64,000 nt of DNA from an uncultured Spirochaetia bacterium (GTDB lineage Bacteria; Spirochaetota; JAHITG01; CAZBCL01), in assembly GCA_964490645.1 (NCBI GenBank), contig CAZBCL010000001.1:194334-258333 (forward strand), written 5' to 3'. The position numbers were made by a program, and so were the translations under genes. The notes beneath the pieces are model-generated. The model searched no databases and was not told where the DNA came from. It saw nothing but the letters and a program-made list of their open reading frames with translations. Each line of letters begins with the position of its first letter. Position 1 is the stretch's first letter. Of the stretch, positions 29,481 through 38,991 are shown in pieces.

Positions 29481-31508
29481 TTACTGTAAGGGCAAGAGTA
29501 ATAATTTATTTGCGTGTTGATAAGCACAGTATCTCCCATCAGGAGAAACCCCGTAATACTCATCAATATGACTGACCAGAAAAGTTAGATACTCATTAAT
29601 ATGCAACGGTGTCATCCCGCCAACACGATTATAGTAATATCGATAGAAATCAAAAAGAACAAGACTTCGATTATCGCGCCAATCAATAGCTCCATCACCG
29701 GTGGTATCCGTAAACCGCCCAACCAGCAATACCATTGTTGAACCGGGAAGAAGTTCGCAATACTCAATCGCTGCCGGCTCGGGAAGAAAAACAATCTGCC
29801 GGTACAGCATATCATACACCGAAAGCTTTTGTTTATCCTGATGTAAAAATACAATATACCGTCCGTCTGATGACCATATAAATTGATGCGGAACAATATC
29901 ACTGACCTGAAATAATTTCTCACTACTTTGATCATGAACATTAATCAAATAAAACGCCGTATCCTTGATATTTATTTTGCCGTCGCGATTTATATCTTCA
30001 AGCATGAAAAAACCTGAAAGGTCCCTTCCATCCGGAGAAAATTGCGGTATTGACTGACGGAATGTACGAAATCGCAGCGGCGGAAGTGATGGCGTTGAAA
30101 GATCCTGCCAATGAATAACGACAGACGCCGCATCATCTGAATAATACATCCCCAATAAAATACTGTCATTATACGAATACTGCATATCCACTGCCGTATA
30201 TGATCCGGGCATCGCCGCTGACAACCCATTAATACGAGGAAGAATAATACTTCGGTCAAATACCGTGTTATGATCCGGAAGTGCATAGACTGAGCCATTC
30301 ACCAGAAGTGCACATTTATTATCAAGTCGCTCCCAACACAGCGTTTCAGGAATATGAGGACTAACCGTTTCAAGCATATGTTCAAGGTGAGCATTTTTCC
30401 CATCCGATGATTGTATAATACGCTGCGGTAATGAGACCTGTTCTTTATCAGAAATTAAGAGCTCCGAATCATGATAATCAACACGACCATCCTTATTGCG
30501 ATCAGTAAAAAAACCGCTATATGCAAAATAACAACTATCGGAATCCCAACGCACCCCGGTTATATTATCAAAATGACATTCTTGAATAGTTTGTAAAAAT
30601 TGTTTTCCCGCATGACCAAGATACAAACCAGTATCATCTGAAATAATGAATTTCTTTCCATCCGGCGACCACCAGAAACGATATTGCGGACCTACTGCAT
30701 TTCGTATACGTATTGGCGTCCCGATCTGCACTGCTCTATCAGACACATAGGGAGAAAGACGGCGCGTTGAAACCGTGGCAAGATGTGCAATATCATTTTC
30801 ATTGGCCTGCATAATTGCTTGTCCGGATTTTGGACGCTCCCGCATTCGAGTAATAACACCATGCGCCGTATGCGCACTGACATTCGTTACCATGACAAGC
30901 GCTATTGTTTCATCTGCGGCATTCTTCACCGCATAGACATCATGCTGCTGTACAATATAATCCTGTCCCATTGAAAATGTTATTGCAAGATCACGGCGTT
31001 CAGTGATAAAACCATGCAACGGTAAAAATCGATGCAACTGCTCAGTAAAAAATTCAGCTGCTTGTGCGGCAGTACTTCGGTCAGCAAAAAAATACCGATT
31101 CGTAATCAATAACGGCTGCTGTTCCTCCCAATCAACTCCAATTATCGTCATTGTTGCTTGTATACGATTATTCGTTGCACAAATAGTAAAAATTAGTGTT
31201 GCATCGTTTGTTCGAGCAGCTCGCCGGATAAACGCTCTATCAACATCGGGCAGATCAGGAAGGATATTGGTATGACCGGGAGTACGCACATATAATAAAT
31301 TATACCATGGTGTTGTTTTAATCTGATAGGTTATATCAGCAATAAACGTATGAAACAGTGTTTCTTCAGACGTCCCTTCCTGTATATGTGACCCCCATAA
31401 AAGAACCCCAATTTGATTTGTCTGACGTTTGGTATACCGTGTTGATGCAATCGTTGCGATAATTAATAAAATGCTTAATAGTATAATGAAGCGTCCTCGT
31501 TGACGCAT
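29481..31508 (-). CDS. Periplasmic beta-propeller protein (TolB/PD40-like blades) with DxDxDG calcium-binding-type loops. Start trimmed to MRQRGRF behind a GGGAGGGG ribosome-binding site.
   Basis: Signal peptide (FIILLSILLIIATIAS). PD40-like WWSPDGKKF, WSSDGRYIVF, VSPDGRYCAY. Loops DRNKDGRVDYHD, DINRDGKINIKD, TTGDGAIDWRD. Confidence 0.6.
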   Translation of the reverse strand: MRQRGRFIILLSILLIIATIASTRYTKRQTNQIGVLLWGSHIQEGTSEETLFHTFIADITYQIKTTPWYNLLYVRTPGHTNILPDLPDVDRAFIRRAARTNDATLIFTICATNNRIQATMTIIGVDWEEQQPLLITNRYFFADRSTAAQAAEFFTEQLHRFLPLHGFITERRDLAITFSMGQDYIVQQHDVYAVKNAADETIALVMVTNVSAHTAHGVITRMRERPKSGQAIMQANENDIAHLATVSTRRLSPYVSDRAVQIGTPIRIRNAVGPQYRFWWSPDGKKFIISDDTGLYLGHAGKQFLQTIQECHFDNITGVRWDSDSCYFAYSGFFTDRNKDGRVDYHDSELLISDKEQVSLPQRIIQSSDGKNAHLEHMLETVSPHIPETLCWERLDNKCALLVNGSVYALPDHNTVFDRSIILPRINGLSAAMPGSYTAVDMQYSYNDSILLGMYYSDDAASVVIHWQDLSTPSLPPLRFRTFRQSIPQFSPDGRDLSGFFMLEDINRDGKINIKDTAFYLINVHDQSSEKLFQVSDIVPHQFIWSSDGRYIVFLHQDKQKLSVYDMLYRQIVFLPEPAAIEYCELLPGSTMVLLVGRFTDTTGDGAIDWRDNRSLVLFDFYRYYYNRVGGMTPLHINEYLTFLVSHIDEYYGVSPDGRYCAYQHANKLLLLPLQ

Positions 31509-31784
31509 ATGCTGCCCCTCCCGCTGTATTCTTATTGCAGTATACCTAATATTTTGTATTTTGCAAGTCATTTGACAAGTATAGAAACCGAGGGATGAAA
31601 TCCAAGAAGAACGTGCACAGCATGCAACATTCACATAAACTCATTTATTTGTAATTGGAAAACCATCAACACTTTTAGTAACTGCCGCAACCATTTTTAT
31701 ATCCCCGACATTGCATATCCGTAATAATACCCTCTGAATTCAATTTGCATCAATACTATTGTACTACTGATATGAACATACACC

Positions 31785-32113
31785 TTAATTCACGGCGAGT
31801 TTAACTATCCGATACGATTTCATATGAAGCAGGTGAAAATTCGGAATCATGTATATCAACACTCTTCATAAAAAAGATTAATAAATTCTATACTATTTAC
31901 ATTTTATGGCACATATCCCCCGATCTATTATTTAAAATCCTGTTATTATTGCATTGTTATACAGTTTGTTTTGTAGTTGTATTAATATGTTCCAACGATA
32001 ATATAATTGATATACAATACATTTCTTCGCCCCATTTACTATCAGATATACTATTCTGCTGCACTATGAGACTGCCATGAATAATAATTAATTACGTTGT
32101 TTTTATGATTATC
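31785..32113. repeat. Direct repeat copy A (329 bp), 328/329 identical to copy B.
   Basis: Aligned by eye base for base with 33897..34225. Single G/A difference at 32079 vs 34191. Confidence 0.9.
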
Positions 32114-33737
32114 TGTTACTTTTTTCTTTTTTTACAACCACTAAATGCGTATAGTTTGAATCAATAGTATATTTATACTTTTCTTTTAATTGAAACGCGT
32201 CCAGTACTTTTGTTTGAAGCAGCGCCAATTCATCCTTATAAACAATAAAATAATCAGGATCATTCCGTAGAATCGGCTCTATTGTCGGATTTTGAGAAAA
32301 GGAAACCGTGCTATAATTTTCAAAATATTTTAATAAGTACATATTTACACATAAAGTGTTCTTTTTATCAATTTGATTAATAATCTTTTCCACATCTACT
32401 GATATTTCTTTAACTTTCTGATCAGTATGTAATGTTAAAAACCGCCAACACCTACCAATAGGACTGCCGATAATGGCTGTTACTAATAATACTATTACTA
32501 TCCCTGTAAGGATATATAATACAGTTTTATTGTTTTTCGTTGTGCTTTTTTGTATCGTATGCGTATCATTACTTTCATGTGCGGTCTTCCGTGCATTGCA
32601 AAGCAAACAATATTTTCCGGAAATAATACTGCTTGCAATTACTTCTAATCGATGCAAACCAACAACAAACGCCAAAAATGCAAAACTATATATTTGTGTA
32701 AAATGCCAGCTGCATTCTGTCAAAAACGGACAATTTTGCATTAATACTAACTTCGGCAATTGCAGTAATAAAATTTCCGGACATAAAAGACTTATATATA
32801 AAAATGATTTCGTATTGATTAAAATCTTTTTAAGTATAGATATATTTATTATGAGCCATGGATGCATTAACAAATACACACCAACCTTAAAAACGTTATC
32901 CCCGTATTCCCCGTTTTTTGAAACCAGCGCCATATTATACGTCATGCTATGTGCGATTGAATATGAATAGTGCGAATAATGCTTTATTAATAGTGTTGCA
33001 CCAATAAAGTATACTCCACTTATAAGTAATGTAATCAAAGCCGTTTTTCTCATCTCTTTTTTAAGGAAAAGAAAAAACGCAAACAGTATCATATAGACAG
33101 CCATTTCTTCTTTAATCAAAAGAATTGCCGCTAAGCATATATAATATGCAAATTTATTATTTTTTATAATAATAAAATAAAACGCCCATATAATTGCCGG
33201 CAAAAACAGCATATCAGGATGAAAACCGTACACACTATCATTGAACAATCGTATATGATTCGGGATAATCAAGTATAATAATGCAACAAGAAATGGAAGA
33301 AGCCGAAATGTATTGGTATTATCTTTCGGACGTATATCTAACGACGTGATAGTTGTGTCAACTATTGCATAAACTGGAAATAGTGCCGAAACATACGCCA
33401 ATGTCCATAGCACTAAAAGGGCAATTGCCGATTTAAATAACGCAACAACCGGAAGAAAAAGAAGTAATAGTAAATATGCGTGTATCCCAAGCTGAAAACC
33501 ATATATGTTTTCATAAAAAAAATGTCCATGCAATGAGTTATTTAATACTTGATAATATAAAAACAAATCAGAACAATATTTCAAATTATTGAAATGCCAC
33601 AGCTTATAAAATAAAAAGAAAACAAATGCGACACCAAAAAGTATCAATAAACTAAAATGAAAACTTTTCGCGGCAGCTGCTTCATTAACAGCAAGCGCAT
33701 CTGATGACGGAAGTTGTGATTGTACGTTTCTCTTCAT
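32109..33737 (-). CDS. Polytopic membrane protein of unknown function (possible GT-C-fold or DUF2079-like), 542 aa.
   Basis: At least 12 hydrophobic helices. Rich in F/L/Y/K. The stop codon lies inside repeat copy A. Confidence 0.5.
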   Translation of the reverse strand: MKRNVQSQLPSSDALAVNEAAAAKSFHFSLLILFGVAFVFFLFYKLWHFNNLKYCSDLFLYYQVLNNSLHGHFFYENIYGFQLGIHAYLLLLLFLPVVALFKSAIALLVLWTLAYVSALFPVYAIVDTTITSLDIRPKDNTNTFRLLPFLVALLYLIIPNHIRLFNDSVYGFHPDMLFLPAIIWAFYFIIIKNNKFAYYICLAAILLIKEEMAVYMILFAFFLFLKKEMRKTALITLLISGVYFIGATLLIKHYSHYSYSIAHSMTYNMALVSKNGEYGDNVFKVGVYLLMHPWLIINISILKKILINTKSFLYISLLCPEILLLQLPKLVLMQNCPFLTECSWHFTQIYSFAFLAFVVGLHRLEVIASSIISGKYCLLCNARKTAHESNDTHTIQKSTTKNNKTVLYILTGIVIVLLVTAIIGSPIGRCWRFLTLHTDQKVKEISVDVEKIINQIDKKNTLCVNMYLLKYFENYSTVSFSQNPTIEPILRNDPDYFIVYKDELALLQTKVLDAFQLKEKYKYTIDSNYTHLVVVKKEKSNR

Positions 33738-33896
33738 TAATTTATGCTAGTATTTTGATATTAAGAAGTCAAGAATTATAAACTCAACTATATTACTGAA
33801 ATAATAATATCAAAATATACCGATATGATACTATTCTGCACACCGTAAAATAACAAATATTTGAAACTATATAAATCATACATCACTGCTGAATAT

Positions 33897-34225
33897 TTAA
33901 TTCACGGCGAGTTTAACTATCCGATACGATTTCATATGAAGCAGGTGAAAATTCGGAATCATGTATATCAACACTCTTCATAAAAAAGATTAATAAATTC
34001 TATACTATTTACATTTTATGGCACATATCCCCCGATCTATTATTTAAAATCCTGTTATTATTGCATTGTTATACAGTTTGTTTTGTAGTTGTATTAATAT
34101 GTTCCAACGATAATATAATTGATATACAATACATTTCTTCGCCCCATTTACTATCAGATATACTATTCTGCTGCACTATGAGACTGCCATAAATAATAAT
34201 TAATTACGTTGTTTTTATGATTATC
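33897..34225. repeat. Direct repeat copy B (329 bp).
   Basis: See copy A. The two copies are offset by exactly 2112 bp. Confidence 0.9.
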
Positions 34226-34370
34226 AGTTACTTTTCTCAGAAAAAGATTATATCTTATGATTTATAAAAGCAAGCATTAGGTGTACATCAATAATGATTT
34301 ATTGATTTATATATAACCATGAAATACATTTTATGTATATTAATAATTCCTATCACATTGGGAGATTGAC

Positions 34371-35318
34371 ATGTATCAACGAATGCCATGCATTATACGT
34401 ATCGGAATAATTATATTCATACTCGGAACGATATCGATATCACATGCTGAAATCATGCGTGTTGCCGTAATGGATTTAAATCCGCAAGGTGTTGATGAGA
34501 ATACTTCACGTGGTGTCAGCGACCTTATCCGCGGAGAACTCATTGGCCGCGAAAATCTGATTATTGTCGAACGTGGTCAAATGAATCGTATTCTTGAAGA
34601 ACAGGGGTTTCAGCAATCAGGCTGTTCCGATACCGAATGTGCGGTACAAATAGGAAAATTACTAAGTGCACAATACATGATACTCGGATCAGTAACAAAA
34701 TTCGGCACGACATTCACCATATCCGTTCGCATGGTTGATGTTGAAAAAGGGACCGGGATTGCCAGTGAATCGACTGATGCTCATGGTGAATCAGAATTAC
34801 CGGGGACAACACGTTATCTTGTTAATAATCTTGTTGAGAAAATCAATACTGCCCGCTCACAATCAACACAAACACCATCACGCAAAATAAAAACAGACTC
34901 ATCTCAAAAAACACGAAAGAATACATCATTACACCAATTCCGCAACAATGCTCGCCCATTATTACGGACATGCGCATATATTGGTTATGCAGGAGCACTC
35001 GGAATGGGGGTTATGGGAATAATGGCAAATACTGAACTAAAAACATATAAAAACGAATCAGAAGATCTGTATCAGAAATACAACAAAGAACCGAGTTCCC
35101 AAAACTGGGAAAGTTATGAATCGCATTATACTACAATGAAAGACACGCAAAAAAAGCGGAACTCATATTATGCAATGAGTGTCGGTTTTTGTGCAGTCTC
35201 AACGGTTCTTTTCCTCATTCCGGGTCCTGCTGCAACTGCCGGGACATTCATACGTGAACATATTGTTCTTGTACCAACTGCTGATACCACAAGCATTTAT
35301 ATTAATTATAGGTTTTAA
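34371..35318 (+). CDS. Secreted protein with an N-terminal LpoB/CsgG-fold-like domain and C-terminal hydrophobic segments.
   Basis: MRVAVMDLNPQG...LIIVERGQMNRILEEQGFQQSGCSD...AVQIGKLLSAQYMILGSVTKFGTTFTISVRMVDVEKG follows the LpoB/CsgG-type pattern. GGGAG ribosome-binding site. Confidence 0.5.
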   Translation: MYQRMPCIIRIGIIIFILGTISISHAEIMRVAVMDLNPQGVDENTSRGVSDLIRGELIGRENLIIVERGQMNRILEEQGFQQSGCSDTECAVQIGKLLSAQYMILGSVTKFGTTFTISVRMVDVEKGTGIASESTDAHGESELPGTTRYLVNNLVEKINTARSQSTQTPSRKIKTDSSQKTRKNTSLHQFRNNARPLLRTCAYIGYAGALGMGVMGIMANTELKTYKNESEDLYQKYNKEPSSQNWESYESHYTTMKDTQKKRNSYYAMSVGFCAVSTVLFLIPGPAATAGTFIREHIVLVPTADTTSIYINYRF

Positions 35319-35343
35319 TTGATTTGAGGAGGAAAACAGGTAT

Positions 35344-36879
35344 ATGAAAAATACACCATTATTTACCGGTATTATTATATGCGCTATTATTGCAGTACTT
35401 ATTCTCTCATGCACTAAAGTCCCTGAATTAAGCCCGCGTGATGAGAGTCGGGAACAAATAGATCCGTCAGACAGCAATCCCGGTGAACGTCATTTTGGTC
35501 CGGGCATATCATGGAATCCCACAAACGGATATTTTATTCCCGATAGCTGTACAATTGCGTTATGGCATTTTGATAATAATTTCCGTGATGTTTTTAATCT
35601 CCATGAATTCACTAATGAGAATGCGGTGCTGGTTGATTCTCCCTTTGGACGGGGAGTCGAACTGAATGGGGCTGATGCACTCCTGTACTGCAATGCATTA
35701 CGCGGCTATGATCACGCATTAACCATTGAAATGTGGGTTAAACCATATGATCAGACAACATCGGGAATACTGATTGATACATGGGCGGGCGCACCTGTAT
35801 TATACGGACCAACTAATCAACGCTCATTCAGTTTATCATACGCTATGGATGAAACACTGCATCGGAATATTTCACCTGACGGATATAGTATAGCTTCAGC
35901 AGCAACCATGAACGGCATCGGTTCTGAGTTAATGTATGTTGTATATACCTGTGATACCTCCGGCGAAAAAATATACATTAACGGAGAAGAAATTGAAAAT
36001 CTGCATCGACCAACCCCCCGTATCAATGATACCGCAAAAACCTATCTCTCAATAGGCGGAAACCGTCCAAATATGACTGACTTCTTTCATGGTATGATTG
36101 ATATGGTTAGAATTTCATCGGTTGTACGGTTCCCGAATGAAATTCATGAATACTGGAATATGGCATCCTCAAAGGTCATGCAATGGAAATGTCAATCGTA
36201 TATTGATGCGGAAGCAAATACTACCGCAACTTTGAAAGATAAGGCTACTGATCAAACTATGTCAAGTATACAAAATGTTTCTCTCAGTTCTTCCGGTGTT
36301 ATCGGCAAATCACTTGATTTTGCCGGGAATGGTTATATTAACGTCGGAATGAGAACGATAAGCAATGAAATGTCTATCAGTTTTTGGTTTAACCGGCAAT
36401 CTATTCCTCTCAACAGCGGTTTCACCAATTGTATGGTTTCATATAATCAAGGTGAAGGTGAAAACTCACCTAATTATGATTGCCGTATATTTTTAAGCGG
36501 CACCAATAATATTCATGGGCGCACATACACACAACCCCCATCAGCTTCAGACCGCGTTGAGGATATTTTCGCAAATACTATACTGTATAATAGTTCATGG
36601 CATCATGTTGTTATTATTCTAACCAATACAGCAAGTGACTCAAAACTGCACATGATTATTGACAATAAAATAACCTATAATGGAACCGGGACAGCCCCTA
36701 ACCTTCCGCGATTATTTGATTCAACGATAAATGCGTCCTTTTTCCTTGGTGCTTTTGACACTGCAACGCACCTTTACTCCGGAAAACTTGATGAAGTAGG
36801 ATTATGGGATCGTGCTTTAAATGATTGGGAAGTAGAATTATTGTATAATAACGGGTATGGGCGAAATCCGTTTAATTAA
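35344..36879 (+). CDS. Lipoprotein with two concanavalin-A-like/LamG (Laminin_G_3-type) domains.
   Basis: Lipobox ILSC. Two jelly-roll LamG-like blocks (ALWHFDNNF...LTIEMWVKP and KSLDFAGNGYINVG...SFWFN...SWHHVVII...LGAFDTA...LDEVGLWDRAL). GGAGG ribosome-binding site. Confidence 0.65.
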   Translation: MKNTPLFTGIIICAIIAVLILSCTKVPELSPRDESREQIDPSDSNPGERHFGPGISWNPTNGYFIPDSCTIALWHFDNNFRDVFNLHEFTNENAVLVDSPFGRGVELNGADALLYCNALRGYDHALTIEMWVKPYDQTTSGILIDTWAGAPVLYGPTNQRSFSLSYAMDETLHRNISPDGYSIASAATMNGIGSELMYVVYTCDTSGEKIYINGEEIENLHRPTPRINDTAKTYLSIGGNRPNMTDFFHGMIDMVRISSVVRFPNEIHEYWNMASSKVMQWKCQSYIDAEANTTATLKDKATDQTMSSIQNVSLSSSGVIGKSLDFAGNGYINVGMRTISNEMSISFWFNRQSIPLNSGFTNCMVSYNQGEGENSPNYDCRIFLSGTNNIHGRTYTQPPSASDRVEDIFANTILYNSSWHHVVIILTNTASDSKLHMIIDNKITYNGTGTAPNLPRLFDSTINASFFLGAFDTATHLYSGKLDEVGLWDRALNDWEVELLYNNGYGRNPFN

Positions 36880-37218
36880 TACAATTTAAATAACAGCTTA
36901 TTTCTTAATATAAACTTTTAGTTATTCGGCTATACAACGATACTCTTTAAAACTTATCGTGTATTTGCCTGCTTCACTATTTTTAGGAACATTTACCGTT
37001 GACTCTCAACCGTGTTTTATTAAACTAATCATTAATATACTATACATACTATTTTAAATAGTATGCAGTAAATAACATTACCGATACAGTTATACGCTTA
37101 TATCAGCAGTATATCACAATACGCTATCGCAATAAATTATAAATGCCTTCTGCCATAAAAACATATTCATCGCGAGCAGAAAGGAATGACAGCAGTATTG
37201 TACACCGGTGAGGTCAAT

Positions 37219-37689
37219 ATGAAAAAAACAGTTTCATTGGTATTGTGTACCGTTATTTTTCTCTCAGCAATCCCTCTCAGCTGCACATATCGTCCTGTTG
37301 CCCCGAAAGAACGGGCGCTTATTGCTAAAAAAATCCAGCCGCTTATTGCTGAATTGTTTTATACAATAACAATTTCTGATTATGAGGGTTTTATTAAAAT
37401 ACTTGACCCGTCAATACGCACTGCTATGACTGGAAAAAACTTCATTGCTATACGTCAGCAAACTTTTGATATTGTGGGATTTTGTTCTGATTTTGTTGTT
37501 ATTGAAATGTATCGCCGTGGTATACATAACTATTTAATATCCTGCGCCGGCACCTGTGATCGTGATTCTATTACAGTACAGCTTATTGTCAGAAAAAGAA
37601 AATCCGATATTTTTATTATTGGAATTTCAATGGACTCGCCGATGCTTCGTAAAGCAAAGACACCCCCGACAACAAATATCGACAAATAG
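37219..37689 (+). CDS. Hypothetical lipoprotein.
   Basis: MKKTVSLVLCTVIFLSAIPLSC lipobox. 156 aa. Confidence 0.5.
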   Translation: MKKTVSLVLCTVIFLSAIPLSCTYRPVAPKERALIAKKIQPLIAELFYTITISDYEGFIKILDPSIRTAMTGKNFIAIRQQTFDIVGFCSDFVVIEMYRRGIHNYLISCAGTCDRDSITVQLIVRKRKSDIFIIGISMDSPMLRKAKTPPTTNIDK

Positions 37690-37857
37690 AATAATAACGT
37701 ATTACTCTATAAAAAAACGCAGTGCATGTTGATGGATATTGTTCACAAACTGCAGTAGTAAACAATGACAGAGCAGCCATTCTTTACGGCAAGAAAACAC
37801 GCATACGGTATTGATATTATTTTTATCGTGATAGGGTTATAAAAAAAATGCAGTGTT

Positions 37858-38454
37858 TTAATCAAATGCGGCAGATTGTTGTGCCGGGAGTCCATATACG
37901 TTAACGGACATGTGCAATACAGTATTATCCCCGATATGCTGCTGCCAGATACCACGAATACTGTTCATACTATTCATCATAACAGCACCGGGATCATGAT
38001 AATATCCCGTTGATGGAAAGCCCATAAAATCAAATCCCTGTATTGCTGATGCCATCTGCGGTGTATAACCATACTCAAGCATAAACCGACTTTGTGTATT
38101 AGGAGTGTATCCAAGCGATAAACCGCCGATAAAACTTTTCGATGCAACTGCACTCGAAGTAAAAAGACCGCCGGAATGCAGGGTAATTGACCAATTGTTA
38201 TTGTTCAGGGGAAATCCCACACTACCGAGATACATCCCCATATATCCCGACGTGGAACCCATAGTTGACATCATAGACATCATATGCGAAACACGATACC
38301 GTGATAGTGAAGGTTTTAATCCCCCCATGCCAACGGTTGATGAAAATGATTTCGGCGGCGGCAATGAAATACGCGGTGATCCGTAATATGCCATAATCGC
38401 CGTTGCCGTAATTCCTGCTAGTATGATAATGATGCATATTCGCTGAAAACTCAT
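37858..38454 (-). CDS. Secreted Met/Gly/Ser-rich protein of unknown function.
   Basis: Signal peptide. Met-rich clusters HMMSMMSTMGSTSGYMGMY. No family recognised. Confidence 0.45.
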   Translation of the reverse strand: MSFQRICIIIILAGITATAIMAYYGSPRISLPPPKSFSSTVGMGGLKPSLSRYRVSHMMSMMSTMGSTSGYMGMYLGSVGFPLNNNNWSITLHSGGLFTSSAVASKSFIGGLSLGYTPNTQSRFMLEYGYTPQMASAIQGFDFMGFPSTGYYHDPGAVMMNSMNSIRGIWQQHIGDNTVLHMSVNVYGLPAQQSAAFD

Positions 38455-38991
38455 TAACTGCCTCCTGAATTACGCAGTGTCTGTATACAGTGTAATAAAG
38501 GTATACACGAAATACTATTTCGTCAAGATAAAATACCCATTAAAAACAATGCAAAACACATACGGAAATAATCCGCAACGGAAACACTATACTAAACAAT
38601 ATAAACATACTGCCTAAGCCTGTTTAAAACAAAATCAGCAGCAGTACTGCCATACTTATTGTTAAAAACTTTTTTCTCATGATGATAAACCTTTCCCGTT
38701 AAAATTTCTCATTACAATATTAATAGCGATCCTGACAATAACAGAGAGTATATACATTTAAATATAATTTATTTGAGGCAGTCAAGATTTATTATTGATT
38801 ATTTATTTCAGCAAATACGCTGTATTAACATATATTACTGATATTTCGCGAATTATATTAAAACCCCCACACTCTTGTATGCAGAGTATGGGGGTATTCC
38901 GGCTATTATTGATTACATCTTTACATTTATGCTTTTTCACGATATATCTATTCTTAAATGAACGTTCTAAAACGGTAAGGATGGATTAGTT

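Noticed and set aside
31785-34225. Insertion sequence or composite transposon delimited by the 329-bp repeats
   Set aside because: The repeats are direct, not inverted. There is no transposase or integrase ORF, no terminal inverted repeats and no target-site duplication. Better described as a duplicated intergenic segment.
38795-38989. 64-aa ORF immediately upstream of the FG-GAP gene
   Set aside because: It overlaps the GC hairpin and the ribosome-binding-site region of the downstream gene. Hydrophobic, low-complexity translation. No ribosome-binding site of its own.
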